NCBI GenBank assembly: GCA_964592525.1
Contig: CAZQFB010000001.1
Location: forward strand, 65,419 to 129,418
Direction of reading: 5' to 3'
DNA: 64,000 nt
From: an uncultured Candidatus Saccharibacteria bacterium
GTDB lineage: Bacteria > Patescibacteriota > WWE3 > CAZQFB01
Shown here in pieces: positions 48,420 through 57,485 of this stretch. The notes below the pieces were generated by a model, which saw only the letters and a program-made list of their open reading frames with translations, was not told the origin of the DNA and did not search any database. Within the stretch, counting starts at the first letter, position 1. Each line of letters opens with the position of its first letter. The position numbers and the translations under genes are program-made.

Positions 48420-48523
48420 TTGTTGAAATTGTAATCTAATTGCTTAATAGCTGCAAACCATACTGGCTAGTAGTCTTGACACCCCAGCTTTGTTGTTTTA
48501 GTCTGAAAGTAGAATAACTGCCT

Positions 48524-48784
48524 ATGACCAACGATCAAATAATCCTCATTATTATCTTTCTGTTGACCTTGAACTTATTGGTGGTTGGTTTTTATTTGGT
48601 TTTGGTTCTTAAGGAGGTACGACAGACGGTGCAGCGAGTTAATGCTGTGTTGGGAACGATGGAAGAGGTGTCAGAAGCTTTGGCTAAGCCTCTGGTTGGC
48701 GCTTCGGGGATGGTTCTTGGTTTAATGAAAGGTTTGCAGTATCTTAATAAGTTTAAAGATCATCGGGAGGAAGAAGATGCGTGA
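48524..48784 (+). CDS. Small membrane protein (DUF948/YtxH-like)
   Basis: 86 aa with an N-terminal TM helix and a C-terminal amphipathic region. Confidence 0.3.
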   Translation: MTNDQIILIIIFLLTLNLLVVGFYLVLVLKEVRQTVQRVNAVLGTMEEVSEALAKPLVGASGMVLGLMKGLQYLNKFKDHREEEDA

Positions 48785-49112
48785 AAAAGAAAAACCTTCC
48801 CACCTAGGTGGGTTTTTGGCCGGGTTATTTTCTGGGGTGGTTTTGGGGGTTCTTTTTGCACCACAAGAAGGCAAAAAGACCAGAGCAAAGTTAGATGAAA
48901 AATCCAAACCAGCACGAACAGAAGCAAAAAGGGTTGCCCACAAAGCTAAACAATCACCAGTATTTCAAGATGTAGCAGCGGTGGTTGAGAAAGCCGTGGG
49001 GGAAAGAATTGATAAAATTGGTGAGAAGTACCCAGTGTTAAAAAAAGAATTTAGCCTGGCACCTAAATCAGCCCATAAGAAAAGAACTTTTAAAAAGACT
49101 AAAAAATCTTAA
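48777..49112 (+). CDS. YtxH-like small membrane-associated protein
   Basis: GFLAGLFSGVVLGVLFAPQEGKKTRAKL is the YtxH/DUF948 N-terminal pattern, followed by a Lys-rich tail. Confidence 0.4.
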   Translation: MREKEKPSHLGGFLAGLFSGVVLGVLFAPQEGKKTRAKLDEKSKPARTEAKRVAHKAKQSPVFQDVAAVVEKAVGERIDKIGEKYPVLKKEFSLAPKSAHKKRTFKKTKKS

Positions 49113-49213
49113 TTCCATCTGCTGGCGTTTAGTGACGTGTTATAGTTGTGTAGGGGAATTTTATGTTTTCCCGCCATTGTGAATTATATTTGTTAAACCT
49201 ATAATAAAGGGTG

Positions 49214-50986
49214 ATGACCAGTAGAGAAATAAAAGCCACATTTATTGATTTTTTTAAAAGTAGGGATCATTTGGAAATTCCTAATTCCTCTTTAATTCCA
49301 GAACACGATCCGACGCTATTGTTTATTAACGCAGGAATGGCTCCCCTTAAAAATTATTTTTTAAATCGACAAAAACCACCCCAAGAAAGATTAGTTAACG
49401 TTCAACGTTGTTTGCGGACTGAAGATTTGGATAAAGTTGGTCATAGTTCAGGTCACTTAACTTTTTTTGAGATGTTAGGGAGTTGGTCAATTGGCGGTTA
49501 TGGTAAGAGTGAAGCCGTTAATTTTGCCTATACCTTATTAACCGAAGGTTTTAAGTTGGACCCCGAGCGCTTGTACGCAACTTATTTTGCTGGAGATGAG
49601 CAAGTAGCGGAGGATAGGGAGACAGCCGAGGCTTGGGCATTGGTTGGTCTAGCTGCAGAGAGGATTATTCCTTTACCGACTGCGGATAATTTTTGGTGCT
49701 CTGGTCCAGTTGGTCCTTGTGGGCCTTGTACAGAAGTGCTTTATGATCGTGGTGAAGTATGCGCTAGTCGATCAGACAGTACGCCAGCTACTGATAGTGA
49801 GCGCTTTATGGAAATCTGGAATGCTGGTGTCTTTATGCAGTATGATCGTCAAGAAGATGGTTCGTTAACAGAGTTGCCACTAAAAAGTGTGGATACTGGG
49901 GCTGGGTTAGAGAGGTTAGCCGTGGTATTACAAGAGGTACCTTCGGTTTATGAAACGGATTTATTTTTACCACTACTAAGGTCGATTGAAGCTCTTACCG
50001 AGCAGTCTTTTGGCGTGGATACTGGTTTAGACCCGGCCTTTCGCGTAATTGCTGATCATGTGCGAGCCGTTACTTTTGCGATTGCTGATGGGGTTAGACC
50101 AGCCAATACCGAAAGAGGTTATGTGATCCGACGCTTGCTGCGTCGCGCCATCTTACATGGACGGGATCTAGGTATTTATGGTTACTTTATGAATCAACTT
50201 AGCCAGAGTGTGGTTGATCATTATGCCTTGGACTACCCCCACCTGTTAGTAAGTCTCAACCAAATTAAGGAAGCGATTTTCCAAGAGGAAGTACAGTTTC
50301 AACAGGTTTTGGCTAAAGGCGAAAAAATACTCAAGAAAGCAATGGCGTCTGGTGAAACCGAGGTTAGTGGTGCCTTAGCCTTTAAATTATATGATACCCA
50401 TGGGTTACCTCTGACGGTGACTAAAACGATTGCTAAAGAGTTGGGTTACACTGTTGATGCGCAAGGGTTTGCAGCCTATTTAGATAAACAAAAAGATCGT
50501 TCCAGAGAAGCGGGTTTAGATCGAAAGAAAGCTATGGCAGCGCTAAGCCCTGCGGTCGCAAAAAATCATACCGCTGCCCATTTATTAAATGAAGCCTTGC
50601 GTCGGGTTGTGAGTATGAATATAAAGCAAGCTGGTCAGGATTTAAAAGAAGACCGACTTCGTTTTGATTTTACCTTAGATCGGGCGTTGACTCCGGAAGA
50701 GTTAGTGGCGGTAGAAGCAGAAGTCCAAGCCCAGATCGAGGCTGACTTGCCTATTGAAGTAGTGCAAACAACTTATGAAAAAGCCAAAGAGCTGGGAGCG
50801 CAAGCTTTATTTGAGGATAAATATCGTGCTGTGGATAAGGTTACTTTGTATCGAGTAGGTGATTATTCTCAAGAATTATGTGGTGGTCCTCACGTCACCC
50901 ATACCGGAGAAATTAACACCTTTAAGATTATTAAACAGGAAGCAGTGGGTCAAGGTGTCCGCCGAATTAGAGCCACAACTTCTTAA
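49214..50986 (+). CDS. alaS: Alanine--tRNA ligase, short form (catalytic + tRNA-binding + editing core, no C-Ala domain)
   Basis: FIDFFKSRDHLEIPNSSLIPEHDPTLLFINAGMAPLKNYF; editing-domain HxxxH/CGGPHV motif near the C-terminus. Confidence 0.85.
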   Translation: MTSREIKATFIDFFKSRDHLEIPNSSLIPEHDPTLLFINAGMAPLKNYFLNRQKPPQERLVNVQRCLRTEDLDKVGHSSGHLTFFEMLGSWSIGGYGKSEAVNFAYTLLTEGFKLDPERLYATYFAGDEQVAEDRETAEAWALVGLAAERIIPLPTADNFWCSGPVGPCGPCTEVLYDRGEVCASRSDSTPATDSERFMEIWNAGVFMQYDRQEDGSLTELPLKSVDTGAGLERLAVVLQEVPSVYETDLFLPLLRSIEALTEQSFGVDTGLDPAFRVIADHVRAVTFAIADGVRPANTERGYVIRRLLRRAILHGRDLGIYGYFMNQLSQSVVDHYALDYPHLLVSLNQIKEAIFQEEVQFQQVLAKGEKILKKAMASGETEVSGALAFKLYDTHGLPLTVTKTIAKELGYTVDAQGFAAYLDKQKDRSREAGLDRKKAMAALSPAVAKNHTAAHLLNEALRRVVSMNIKQAGQDLKEDRLRFDFTLDRALTPEELVAVEAEVQAQIEADLPIEVVQTTYEKAKELGAQALFEDKYRAVDKVTLYRVGDYSQELCGGPHVTHTGEINTFKIIKQEAVGQGVRRIRATTS

Positions 50987-51024
50987 ATTGAGAGCTTTGG
51001 TTGCCGAGCTTATTTATCGGCGGT

Positions 51025-52242
51025 ATGATAGCCATAATGAGTTTGCTGCCTTTTTTGTTTGCCACTGCACCGCAAATTGGTGATTCTTTCACCGTTATTG
51101 ATTTGGGTACTCTCTATACCAAAATAGGTGTTTTCAAAATTGAAGATAGTCGTGTGGTTTTGCAGGGTGTTAGTGAAGTGTCACATGGTGTGGAACATTT
51201 AAGGTTTGGTGAGATTGTTGATACCCAAGCGGTTAAGAATAGCCTTACTAAGGCTCTGGCACAAGTTACTTCTTCAGGGATTAACCTTCCCGCCGAGGTG
51301 GTGGTGGGGGTTTCTGGGGAAAATTTGGGGGGGATTTCAACAGTCGTAAGGTTAAATAGGACCAACCCTAATGAGCCGATAATTGAAAGCGAGCTTAACT
51401 CTTTACAAGCTAGGATTGAGGAGGTGTCTTTAAGTAAAGCCACTAAAAATTTATATTTAGCAGGAAAGCCATTGGAAATCGTCAGTTCCAAAATCACCAA
51501 TATTATCGTGGATGATGTGGCGGTAACCGATCCTGTAGGTCGGTTGGGCAGTAAAATTGATATGTATAATTTTGCCGTGTATGCCACTGCTAGTCAGTTA
51601 GAAGGAATCCAAAATTTAGTAGCTTCTCTTAATCTTAAATTGGTGACGGTGGTGCCAATCATGTATTCGTTAATTGAATCTTTAGAGTCAAAGCTTCATG
51701 AGGGTATGAACGAAGTGCTCATTGATGTTGGTGGTGCAACCACTGAAATCGGATTAGTGTATGGTGGGGGTTTAGTTGCGCTAGGCTCTGTATCTATTGG
51801 GGGAGCAGCTATTACTAGAGCTATCGCTGATGTTTTTAGTCTTGATTGTGAAGATGCTGAAGAATTTAAGAAAACTGGTGGTTGGAGCAGTGCGGATGAA
51901 AATGAGTTTACCCAACAAGTGGCAGAGGAAGTGCAAAGTATCATGTCGATGTGGTTAGCTGGAGTGGTGCTGGTACTTAGCGAGTTTCCAGATGTTAAAA
52001 GACTACCTTCTAATGTCTATTTAACTGGTGGAGGAGCTTTATTTCCAAGTTTCAAAGAAGCCTTACTCACTAGCGGTTGGGCTAGGGAATTGCCTTTTAT
52101 TTCTTTCCCCAAAACACGTTTATTGAGTGAGGGAGATTTATACGGTATTCAGGTACAATCAGATAAGTTAAATATTAGTAATCCCTACGGCTTAATTTCC
52201 TTGGGTTTTGTAGGGATGCAAATAAAAGGAAAAAATGATTGA
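51025..52242 (+). CDS. ftsA: Cell division protein FtsA (actin-like ATPase)
   Basis: VIDLGTLYTKIGVF, GEIVDTQAVKNSLTKALAQ, DVGGATTEIGL, and a C-terminal amphipathic tail (LISLGFVGMQIKGK). The listed ORF starts at TTG 51001; I chose an ATG. Confidence 0.65.
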   Translation: MIAIMSLLPFLFATAPQIGDSFTVIDLGTLYTKIGVFKIEDSRVVLQGVSEVSHGVEHLRFGEIVDTQAVKNSLTKALAQVTSSGINLPAEVVVGVSGENLGGISTVVRLNRTNPNEPIIESELNSLQARIEEVSLSKATKNLYLAGKPLEIVSSKITNIIVDDVAVTDPVGRLGSKIDMYNFAVYATASQLEGIQNLVASLNLKLVTVVPIMYSLIESLESKLHEGMNEVLIDVGGATTEIGLVYGGGLVALGSVSIGGAAITRAIADVFSLDCEDAEEFKKTGGWSSADENEFTQQVAEEVQSIMSMWLAGVVLVLSEFPDVKRLPSNVYLTGGGALFPSFKEALLTSGWARELPFISFPKTRLLSEGDLYGIQVQSDKLNISNPYGLISLGFVGMQIKGKND

Positions 52243-53827
52243 GCTTCGTCTTAATGCCACCGACGATCTGTTAACAGCAAAAAAGAAGATTGATGATGCT
52301 GGTACTAACCAAGCGATTTTGGTTATACCTTCTGGTTCCGTTTTAAGTACGCCTGTTAATATGCGCTTATTAATAAGAGAAGTACAGAAGAACGGGATTA
52401 GTTTAACCCTTCGTTCTGATGATGCAAAGATTCAAACGGTGATTGATAATTTGCGTCAGGTCGAAGTTCCTTCCCCGGGGGAGGAGCTTAGTGGGACTGC
52501 TTTTGTAGTAGGACAAGACGTGGCGACTGGAGTATCGCCGAAGATTGGTAGCGAAGGCTCTGTAACCAAGACACTGACCTTATCTTTTTATGTTAATAAA
52601 CTTGTTACGCTGATCAATAAGTTACAGGTGAGTTTAGCTGCTAAGGGGGTAGCGGCGGTGTTAACTGTAATTGTGGGGGTGGGAGTGTTTTTAGCAGTCC
52701 TCTTTTCTTTATTTAACTACTCTCACAAAGCGGTGGTACGGATAACCGTTGTGCCTGAAGGTGTGGTCAAAAACTTTGCCGTTGTTGCTTCACCCAAATT
52801 AGAAGAAGTTGATGCTATTCATAAAATAATTCCAGCCCAATTAGTGACTATTAAAGAAGTGGGTTCGGAGAGTACTAAAGCTACTGGTTCTCAAGTGGTG
52901 GGAGAGAGAGCTACGGGTGTAGTGACCATCTATAATAAAACGGATGAAGCAAAACAGTTTGCCAAGGGGGATAAAATCACTTTGGTACACACCGCAGATG
53001 ATATCCGTAATTTTTATTTAGAAGAATCAGTTAGTGTTAATAAAAGAGAAATCACGATTACGGAAAGTAGCCCGGGAAATGAACTTGCTGAATTTGTATC
53101 AGGCAAAAGTGAGGTAAGTGTTATTGCCGAGCAAATTGGTGAAGAGTACAACCTAAAAGAAGGGGAGACTTTTACCATTGCGGATTTACCAATTTCTTCA
53201 TTTGTGGTTCAGAACGATAATTCTTTTAAAGGTGGTTCTAAAAAAGAGGTCATTGCCGTAGCAGCTGAAGATCTAACTCGGTTAGAATCTTCTTTGCAGG
53301 AAAGTCTGTCTAACACTTCTTTAAAGAGGTTACAGGATGAGGTTAAGGATGTGGTTGTCCATGAAGGAGCGATTGAAATCAAAGTATTATCCAGGAATTA
53401 TGACCAGCAGGTGGGTGCAACTGCTGCCGAAGTCACCCTGACGATGGAAGTTGAAGCTTTAGCGTACACCTATGATTCAGAGGATTTACAGCAATTACTT
53501 GAGGATGCTCTAGGCGGTCATGTTCCTGATCGGTTTGTTTTATCTGGGGAAGAGCAACAAATTGACATTGAGGGAGTACTAGTTAAAAATGGAGAACTAA
53601 ATTTTTACGCTAAAGTAACTGGTTTGGCGATACCAAAATTAGATGACGATAAAATTAAAGAAGATATTAAGGGCAAACGGGAAGACGCTGTTTATGGTTA
53701 TTTGACTAGTCTATCTAATGTAGCTTCGGTGAATATTGTGTTATCTCCCAGATTACCTAAGAGCTTGCAAAGGTTTCCCAGTGATGTAAGTAAAATTACA
53801 GTTGATATTTCACATGAGCGAGAATAG
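52235..53827 (+). CDS. Hypothetical bitopic membrane protein (cytoplasmic N-domain, one TM helix, large extracytoplasmic domain)
   Basis: 530 aa with a TM helix around AAVLTVIVGVGVFLAVLFSLF. It is overlap-coupled to ftsA upstream and ruvX downstream and has no tubulin/FtsZ motifs. Confidence 0.4.
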   Translation: MIELRLNATDDLLTAKKKIDDAGTNQAILVIPSGSVLSTPVNMRLLIREVQKNGISLTLRSDDAKIQTVIDNLRQVEVPSPGEELSGTAFVVGQDVATGVSPKIGSEGSVTKTLTLSFYVNKLVTLINKLQVSLAAKGVAAVLTVIVGVGVFLAVLFSLFNYSHKAVVRITVVPEGVVKNFAVVASPKLEEVDAIHKIIPAQLVTIKEVGSESTKATGSQVVGERATGVVTIYNKTDEAKQFAKGDKITLVHTADDIRNFYLEESVSVNKREITITESSPGNELAEFVSGKSEVSVIAEQIGEEYNLKEGETFTIADLPISSFVVQNDNSFKGGSKKEVIAVAAEDLTRLESSLQESLSNTSLKRLQDEVKDVVVHEGAIEIKVLSRNYDQQVGATAAEVTLTMEVEALAYTYDSEDLQQLLEDALGGHVPDRFVLSGEEQQIDIEGVLVKNGELNFYAKVTGLAIPKLDDDKIKEDIKGKREDAVYGYLTSLSNVASVNIVLSPRLPKSLQRFPSDVSKITVDISHERE

Positions 53828-54200
53828 CGAAGTAATCTTAGCGATTGATCATGGACTTAACAATATCGGTTTAGCATATAGTCGGTCAGGTTTTGTGGGC
53901 ACGCTCCCAGCTTTAAAGGGAGCTAAAGCCACTTCTTTAGAGGTTATTAAAGTCGCAAAAGAGTATCAGGCAACTAAATTGCTGGTGGGTGAACCAGAAG
54001 AACGGCAAAGAAAGGTGGTGCTATCATTTACGGAAGAATTACGTCAACAGTTTACTGGTGACATTGTTTTATGGAACGAGGTTTTAACTACTAATCAGGC
54101 TAAGGCATTAGCGCGAGAACAAAATTTGGCAGTAGCTAAAGCTAACCTGGACTCATTAGCAGCAGCTATTATGCTAAATGAATACCTTAATTGTTGCTAA
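53814..54200 (+). CDS. ruvX: Putative pre-16S rRNA nuclease / Holliday junction resolvase-like YqgF (RuvX)
   Basis: ILAIDHGLNNIGLA ... LLVGEP pattern of the YqgF/RuvX family. Confidence 0.7.
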   Translation: MSENSEVILAIDHGLNNIGLAYSRSGFVGTLPALKGAKATSLEVIKVAKEYQATKLLVGEPEERQRKVVLSFTEELRQQFTGDIVLWNEVLTTNQAKALAREQNLAVAKANLDSLAAAIMLNEYLNCC

Positions 54201-54242
54201 ATTGGGTCTTGGTGTCTTGGTAGGCTATGCTATAATTTTTTC

Positions 54243-55232
54243 ATGAGAAACCTTAAATTATCGGTAGTTATTGGTGTTTTGCTAATCGGTTTTTTTACCT
54301 ACTATAAGTTTTCTATAAATTATCCGGTAGTTAAAGATAGTGAGTCAGTAACGGCGGTTACGATTAAACAAGGCGACAGTGTCTCTACGATTGCATCTGC
54401 GTTAAAGGAAAAAGGGTTGATAAGGTCAGTTACAATGTTTAAGTTGTTTGTCCGTTTGAATGGTTACAGTAATTCTTTGCAAGCTGGGGCTTATGATTTA
54501 AAGCCGTCTCAAGCAACTAAAGAGATTGTGTCTCAATTACAACACGGGACTTTTGATGTCCGTTTAACTTTTTTGGAAGGTTGGCGGGTTGAAGAAATGG
54601 CTGATTATCTTAATGCTAATGGTAGTCTTGGCTTTAGTAGTGTTGAGTTTGTGCAACTGGCTAAGGAACATGAAGGACATTTGTTTCCAGATACCTATCA
54701 AGTACCAAAATATATTTCCGTAAGAGATTTAATTGATTTAATGTTATCAAACTTTAATGCGAAAACCAGCCCATACCAAGAACTCATAAACTCATCAGCC
54801 TTAACTTGGCAGGAGGTAATTACCTTTGCTTCAATTGTGGAACGGGAAGCTCCAGATCCTGATTCACAGGCGGTGGTGGCGGGGATACTTTTGAAAAGAT
54901 TAGCCAACGAGTGGCCTCTGCAAGCTGATGCCACGGTGCAATATGTTTTAGGTTATCAAACGGAAACAGCTAAAAATGGTGAAGTGGTTGGTTCTTGGTG
55001 GAAGAGCGAATTATCTGCTACGGATTTGCAGGTGGCGTCTCCTTACAATACTCGGCAAGTTCCCACACTACCACCCGGACCAATTTGTAATCCTGGGTTG
55101 TCCTCAATTGAGGCGGTTTTGAAACCCAAGCAAAGCGAATATTGGTATTATCTTTCCGATCCAGACGGTCAGATGCATTATGCTGTTACTCTTGAGGAGC
55201 ATAATGCTAACATAGCGCGTTATTTGCGTTGA
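54243..55232 (+). CDS. mltG: Endolytic murein transglycosylase MltG (YceG family)
   Basis: N-terminal TM helix, a LysM-like segment (VTIKQGDSVSTIASALKEKGLI) and the YceG core. Confidence 0.75.
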   Translation: MRNLKLSVVIGVLLIGFFTYYKFSINYPVVKDSESVTAVTIKQGDSVSTIASALKEKGLIRSVTMFKLFVRLNGYSNSLQAGAYDLKPSQATKEIVSQLQHGTFDVRLTFLEGWRVEEMADYLNANGSLGFSSVEFVQLAKEHEGHLFPDTYQVPKYISVRDLIDLMLSNFNAKTSPYQELINSSALTWQEVITFASIVEREAPDPDSQAVVAGILLKRLANEWPLQADATVQYVLGYQTETAKNGEVVGSWWKSELSATDLQVASPYNTRQVPTLPPGPICNPGLSSIEAVLKPKQSEYWYYLSDPDGQMHYAVTLEEHNANIARYLR

Positions 55233-56599
55233 GGTTATTCCAGCGCGTGATGAAAAAAGAAAACATTCTTCTGTTATTAATAATCGTCCTTATCGGTTTT
55301 TCCACGGTGGTTGTTTTTCCGGAAATACAAGTAGCCACTCTTTTTTCGCGACCACTTAATTGGGATATTGGGCATCGGGTTTGGCAGTTACCTGGTTTGG
55401 GAGAGCGAGAAATGAAAATTTCTAAGGGGTTGGATCTACAAGGGGGTGTGCAGGTGGTTTATAGCGTGGATTTAAATAATATTGTCTCCGAGGATAAAGA
55501 AGCTGCTTTTGAGGGGGTAAGAGCGGTTATGGAAAGGCGGGTTAATTTTTTTGGGGTGAGTGAAGCAAATGTTCAGACTGCGCACAGTGGTGACGAACGG
55601 CGGGTGCTCATCGAATTACCGGGTATTAATGATATTGCTCAAGCCTTGGCAATGATTGGGCAAACGGCGCAATTAGACTTTAGAACCCAAGCGCCAGAAG
55701 GCACCGAAGCAACGGAACCCTTTGTGAGAACAGAACTAACGGGAGCACAATTAGAACGCGCATCAGTTCAGTTTGATCCGTACACTGGTGAGCCTACGGT
55801 ACTACTGACTTTTGCTGATGAGGGCCGGGAATTATTTGCCCAATTGACGGAAGCTAATGTAGGTAAGCAATTAGCCATTTACTTAGATGAGTATCCTTTA
55901 ACGGCACCGGTTGTTCAAACAGCGATTACTGATGGTAAAGCTGTCATTAGTGGTAGCTTCACACCGGAAGAAGCTAAGAATTTAGCGATTCAACTCAACT
56001 CTGGTGCCCTGCCAGCGCCAGTTGAGATCATTGAACAACGGACGATTGGTGCTGCCTTGGGAGAGGAATCAGTTAAATTGAGTGTGGTGGCTGGGTTGGT
56101 GGGTTTGGGGTTGGTTGTTTTTTTCATGTGGGGATATTATGGTACCTTAGGATTTATCGCGGTGTTAGCTTTGGGGGCTTATACTTTGATCACTTTAATG
56201 TTGTATAAGTTGATACCAGTAACGCTGACTCTCTCTGGGGTAGCGGGTTTCATTTTGAGTGTGGGTATGGCTGTTGATGCTAACATCCTAATTTTTGAGC
56301 GCTATAAAGAAGAAAAAAGGGCGGGGATACCTAAAAACCACGCCGTGGAAAGGGCTTTTGGGAGGGCTTGGGATAGTATTAGAGATGCCAACACGAACAC
56401 TTTAATTATCGCGTTCATTCTTTTCAATCCCTTTAATTGGTCAATACTAAGTACTTCTGGGGTAGTTCGCGGTTTTGCGCTCACATTAGGTTTGGGTGTG
56501 TTTTTAAGTTTATTTACTGGGGTGGTTATTGTCAGAACTTTGATCCGAGTTTTTTACATGGATCCAGTGCAGATAATTGGGGGGTCTAAAAATGTATGA
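55229..56599 (+). CDS. secD: Protein translocase subunit SecD
   Basis: N-terminal TM helix, a periplasmic domain and a C-terminal 6-TM bundle; it is followed by secF. Confidence 0.8.
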   Translation: MRLFQRVMKKENILLLLIIVLIGFSTVVVFPEIQVATLFSRPLNWDIGHRVWQLPGLGEREMKISKGLDLQGGVQVVYSVDLNNIVSEDKEAAFEGVRAVMERRVNFFGVSEANVQTAHSGDERRVLIELPGINDIAQALAMIGQTAQLDFRTQAPEGTEATEPFVRTELTGAQLERASVQFDPYTGEPTVLLTFADEGRELFAQLTEANVGKQLAIYLDEYPLTAPVVQTAITDGKAVISGSFTPEEAKNLAIQLNSGALPAPVEIIEQRTIGAALGEESVKLSVVAGLVGLGLVVFFMWGYYGTLGFIAVLALGAYTLITLMLYKLIPVTLTLSGVAGFILSVGMAVDANILIFERYKEEKRAGIPKNHAVERAFGRAWDSIRDANTNTLIIAFILFNPFNWSILSTSGVVRGFALTLGLGVFLSLFTGVVIVRTLIRVFYMDPVQIIGGSKNV

Positions 56600-57485
56600 T
56601 TTTATGAAATATAAACCCGTGTGGTTTGCTCTGTCTTTGCTGATCATCATACCCAGTATTTACTCCCTCGCCACTTTTGGTCTGAAGCCTGGTATTGATT
56701 TTAGCGGAGGCTCTTTGTATGAGGTCAGCTCGTCTTTAACAGCTCAAGAACTAGAGCAGCAGCTTAATGAAGCTATTTCTGCTCAAGAGTTATTAACTGG
56801 TTTGGAAGTGGTGAGTGTGCAAGTAAGTGGTCAGTCTAGATTACTGGTGAAAATGAATGCGCTTACCGAACCACAACGGCAAGTGTTAACGGAACATTTG
56901 CGAGCAAGTGGTAGCTTAAATGAGGTTTTACGGTTTGAATCGGTAGGACCAAGTGTGGGTCGTGAATTACTGCAGAAAACCTTGCTAGCGGTGGTGATCG
57001 CTTCCTTTGCGATTCTTTCTTATGTGGCGCTGGCTTTTAAAAAACTGACCTTTGGGGTAGCCGCACTGTTGGCGATGTTGCACGATACTCTAATTTTAAT
57101 CGGGGTGTTTTCGCTTTTAGGTAAGTATTACGGGATTGAAATTGATGTCCTTTTTGTCGCAGCGGTTTTGACGATATTGAGTTTTTCGGTCCATGATACA
57201 GTGGTGGTGTTTGATCGGATTAGAGAAACGATTAAGTTAGGAAAATATGGTAGTGACTTTACCAAAGTGTGTAATGTGGCAGTGGGTGAAACCCTGGTGA
57301 GGTCGCTGAATAACTCACTAACGATTATTTTTATGTTGTTAGCGTTGGCTATCTTGGGTGGGGATTCGATTCGTTGGTTTGTGGTCGCTTTATTGGTGGG
57401 GACCGTAGTGGGTACTTATTCTTCTACTTTTACAGCCGTACCTATTCTCCATTTTTTAATAACTAAACACCGAAGCAGTGGTTAA
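56592..57485 (+). CDS. secF: Protein translocase subunit SecF
   Basis: SecF topology and motifs (GIDFSGGS ... C-terminal TM bundle). Confidence 0.8.
   Translation: MYDFMKYKPVWFALSLLIIIPSIYSLATFGLKPGIDFSGGSLYEVSSSLTAQELEQQLNEAISAQELLTGLEVVSVQVSGQSRLLVKMNALTEPQRQVLTEHLRASGSLNEVLRFESVGPSVGRELLQKTLLAVVIASFAILSYVALAFKKLTFGVAALLAMLHDTLILIGVFSLLGKYYGIEIDVLFVAAVLTILSFSVHDTVVVFDRIRETIKLGKYGSDFTKVCNVAVGETLVRSLNNSLTIIFMLLALAILGGDSIRWFVVALLVGTVVGTYSSTFTAVPILHFLITKHRSSG

Noticed and set aside
50859-51083. 74-aa ORF overlapping the alaS/ftsA junction
   Set aside because: An alternative frame across two supported genes with no features.
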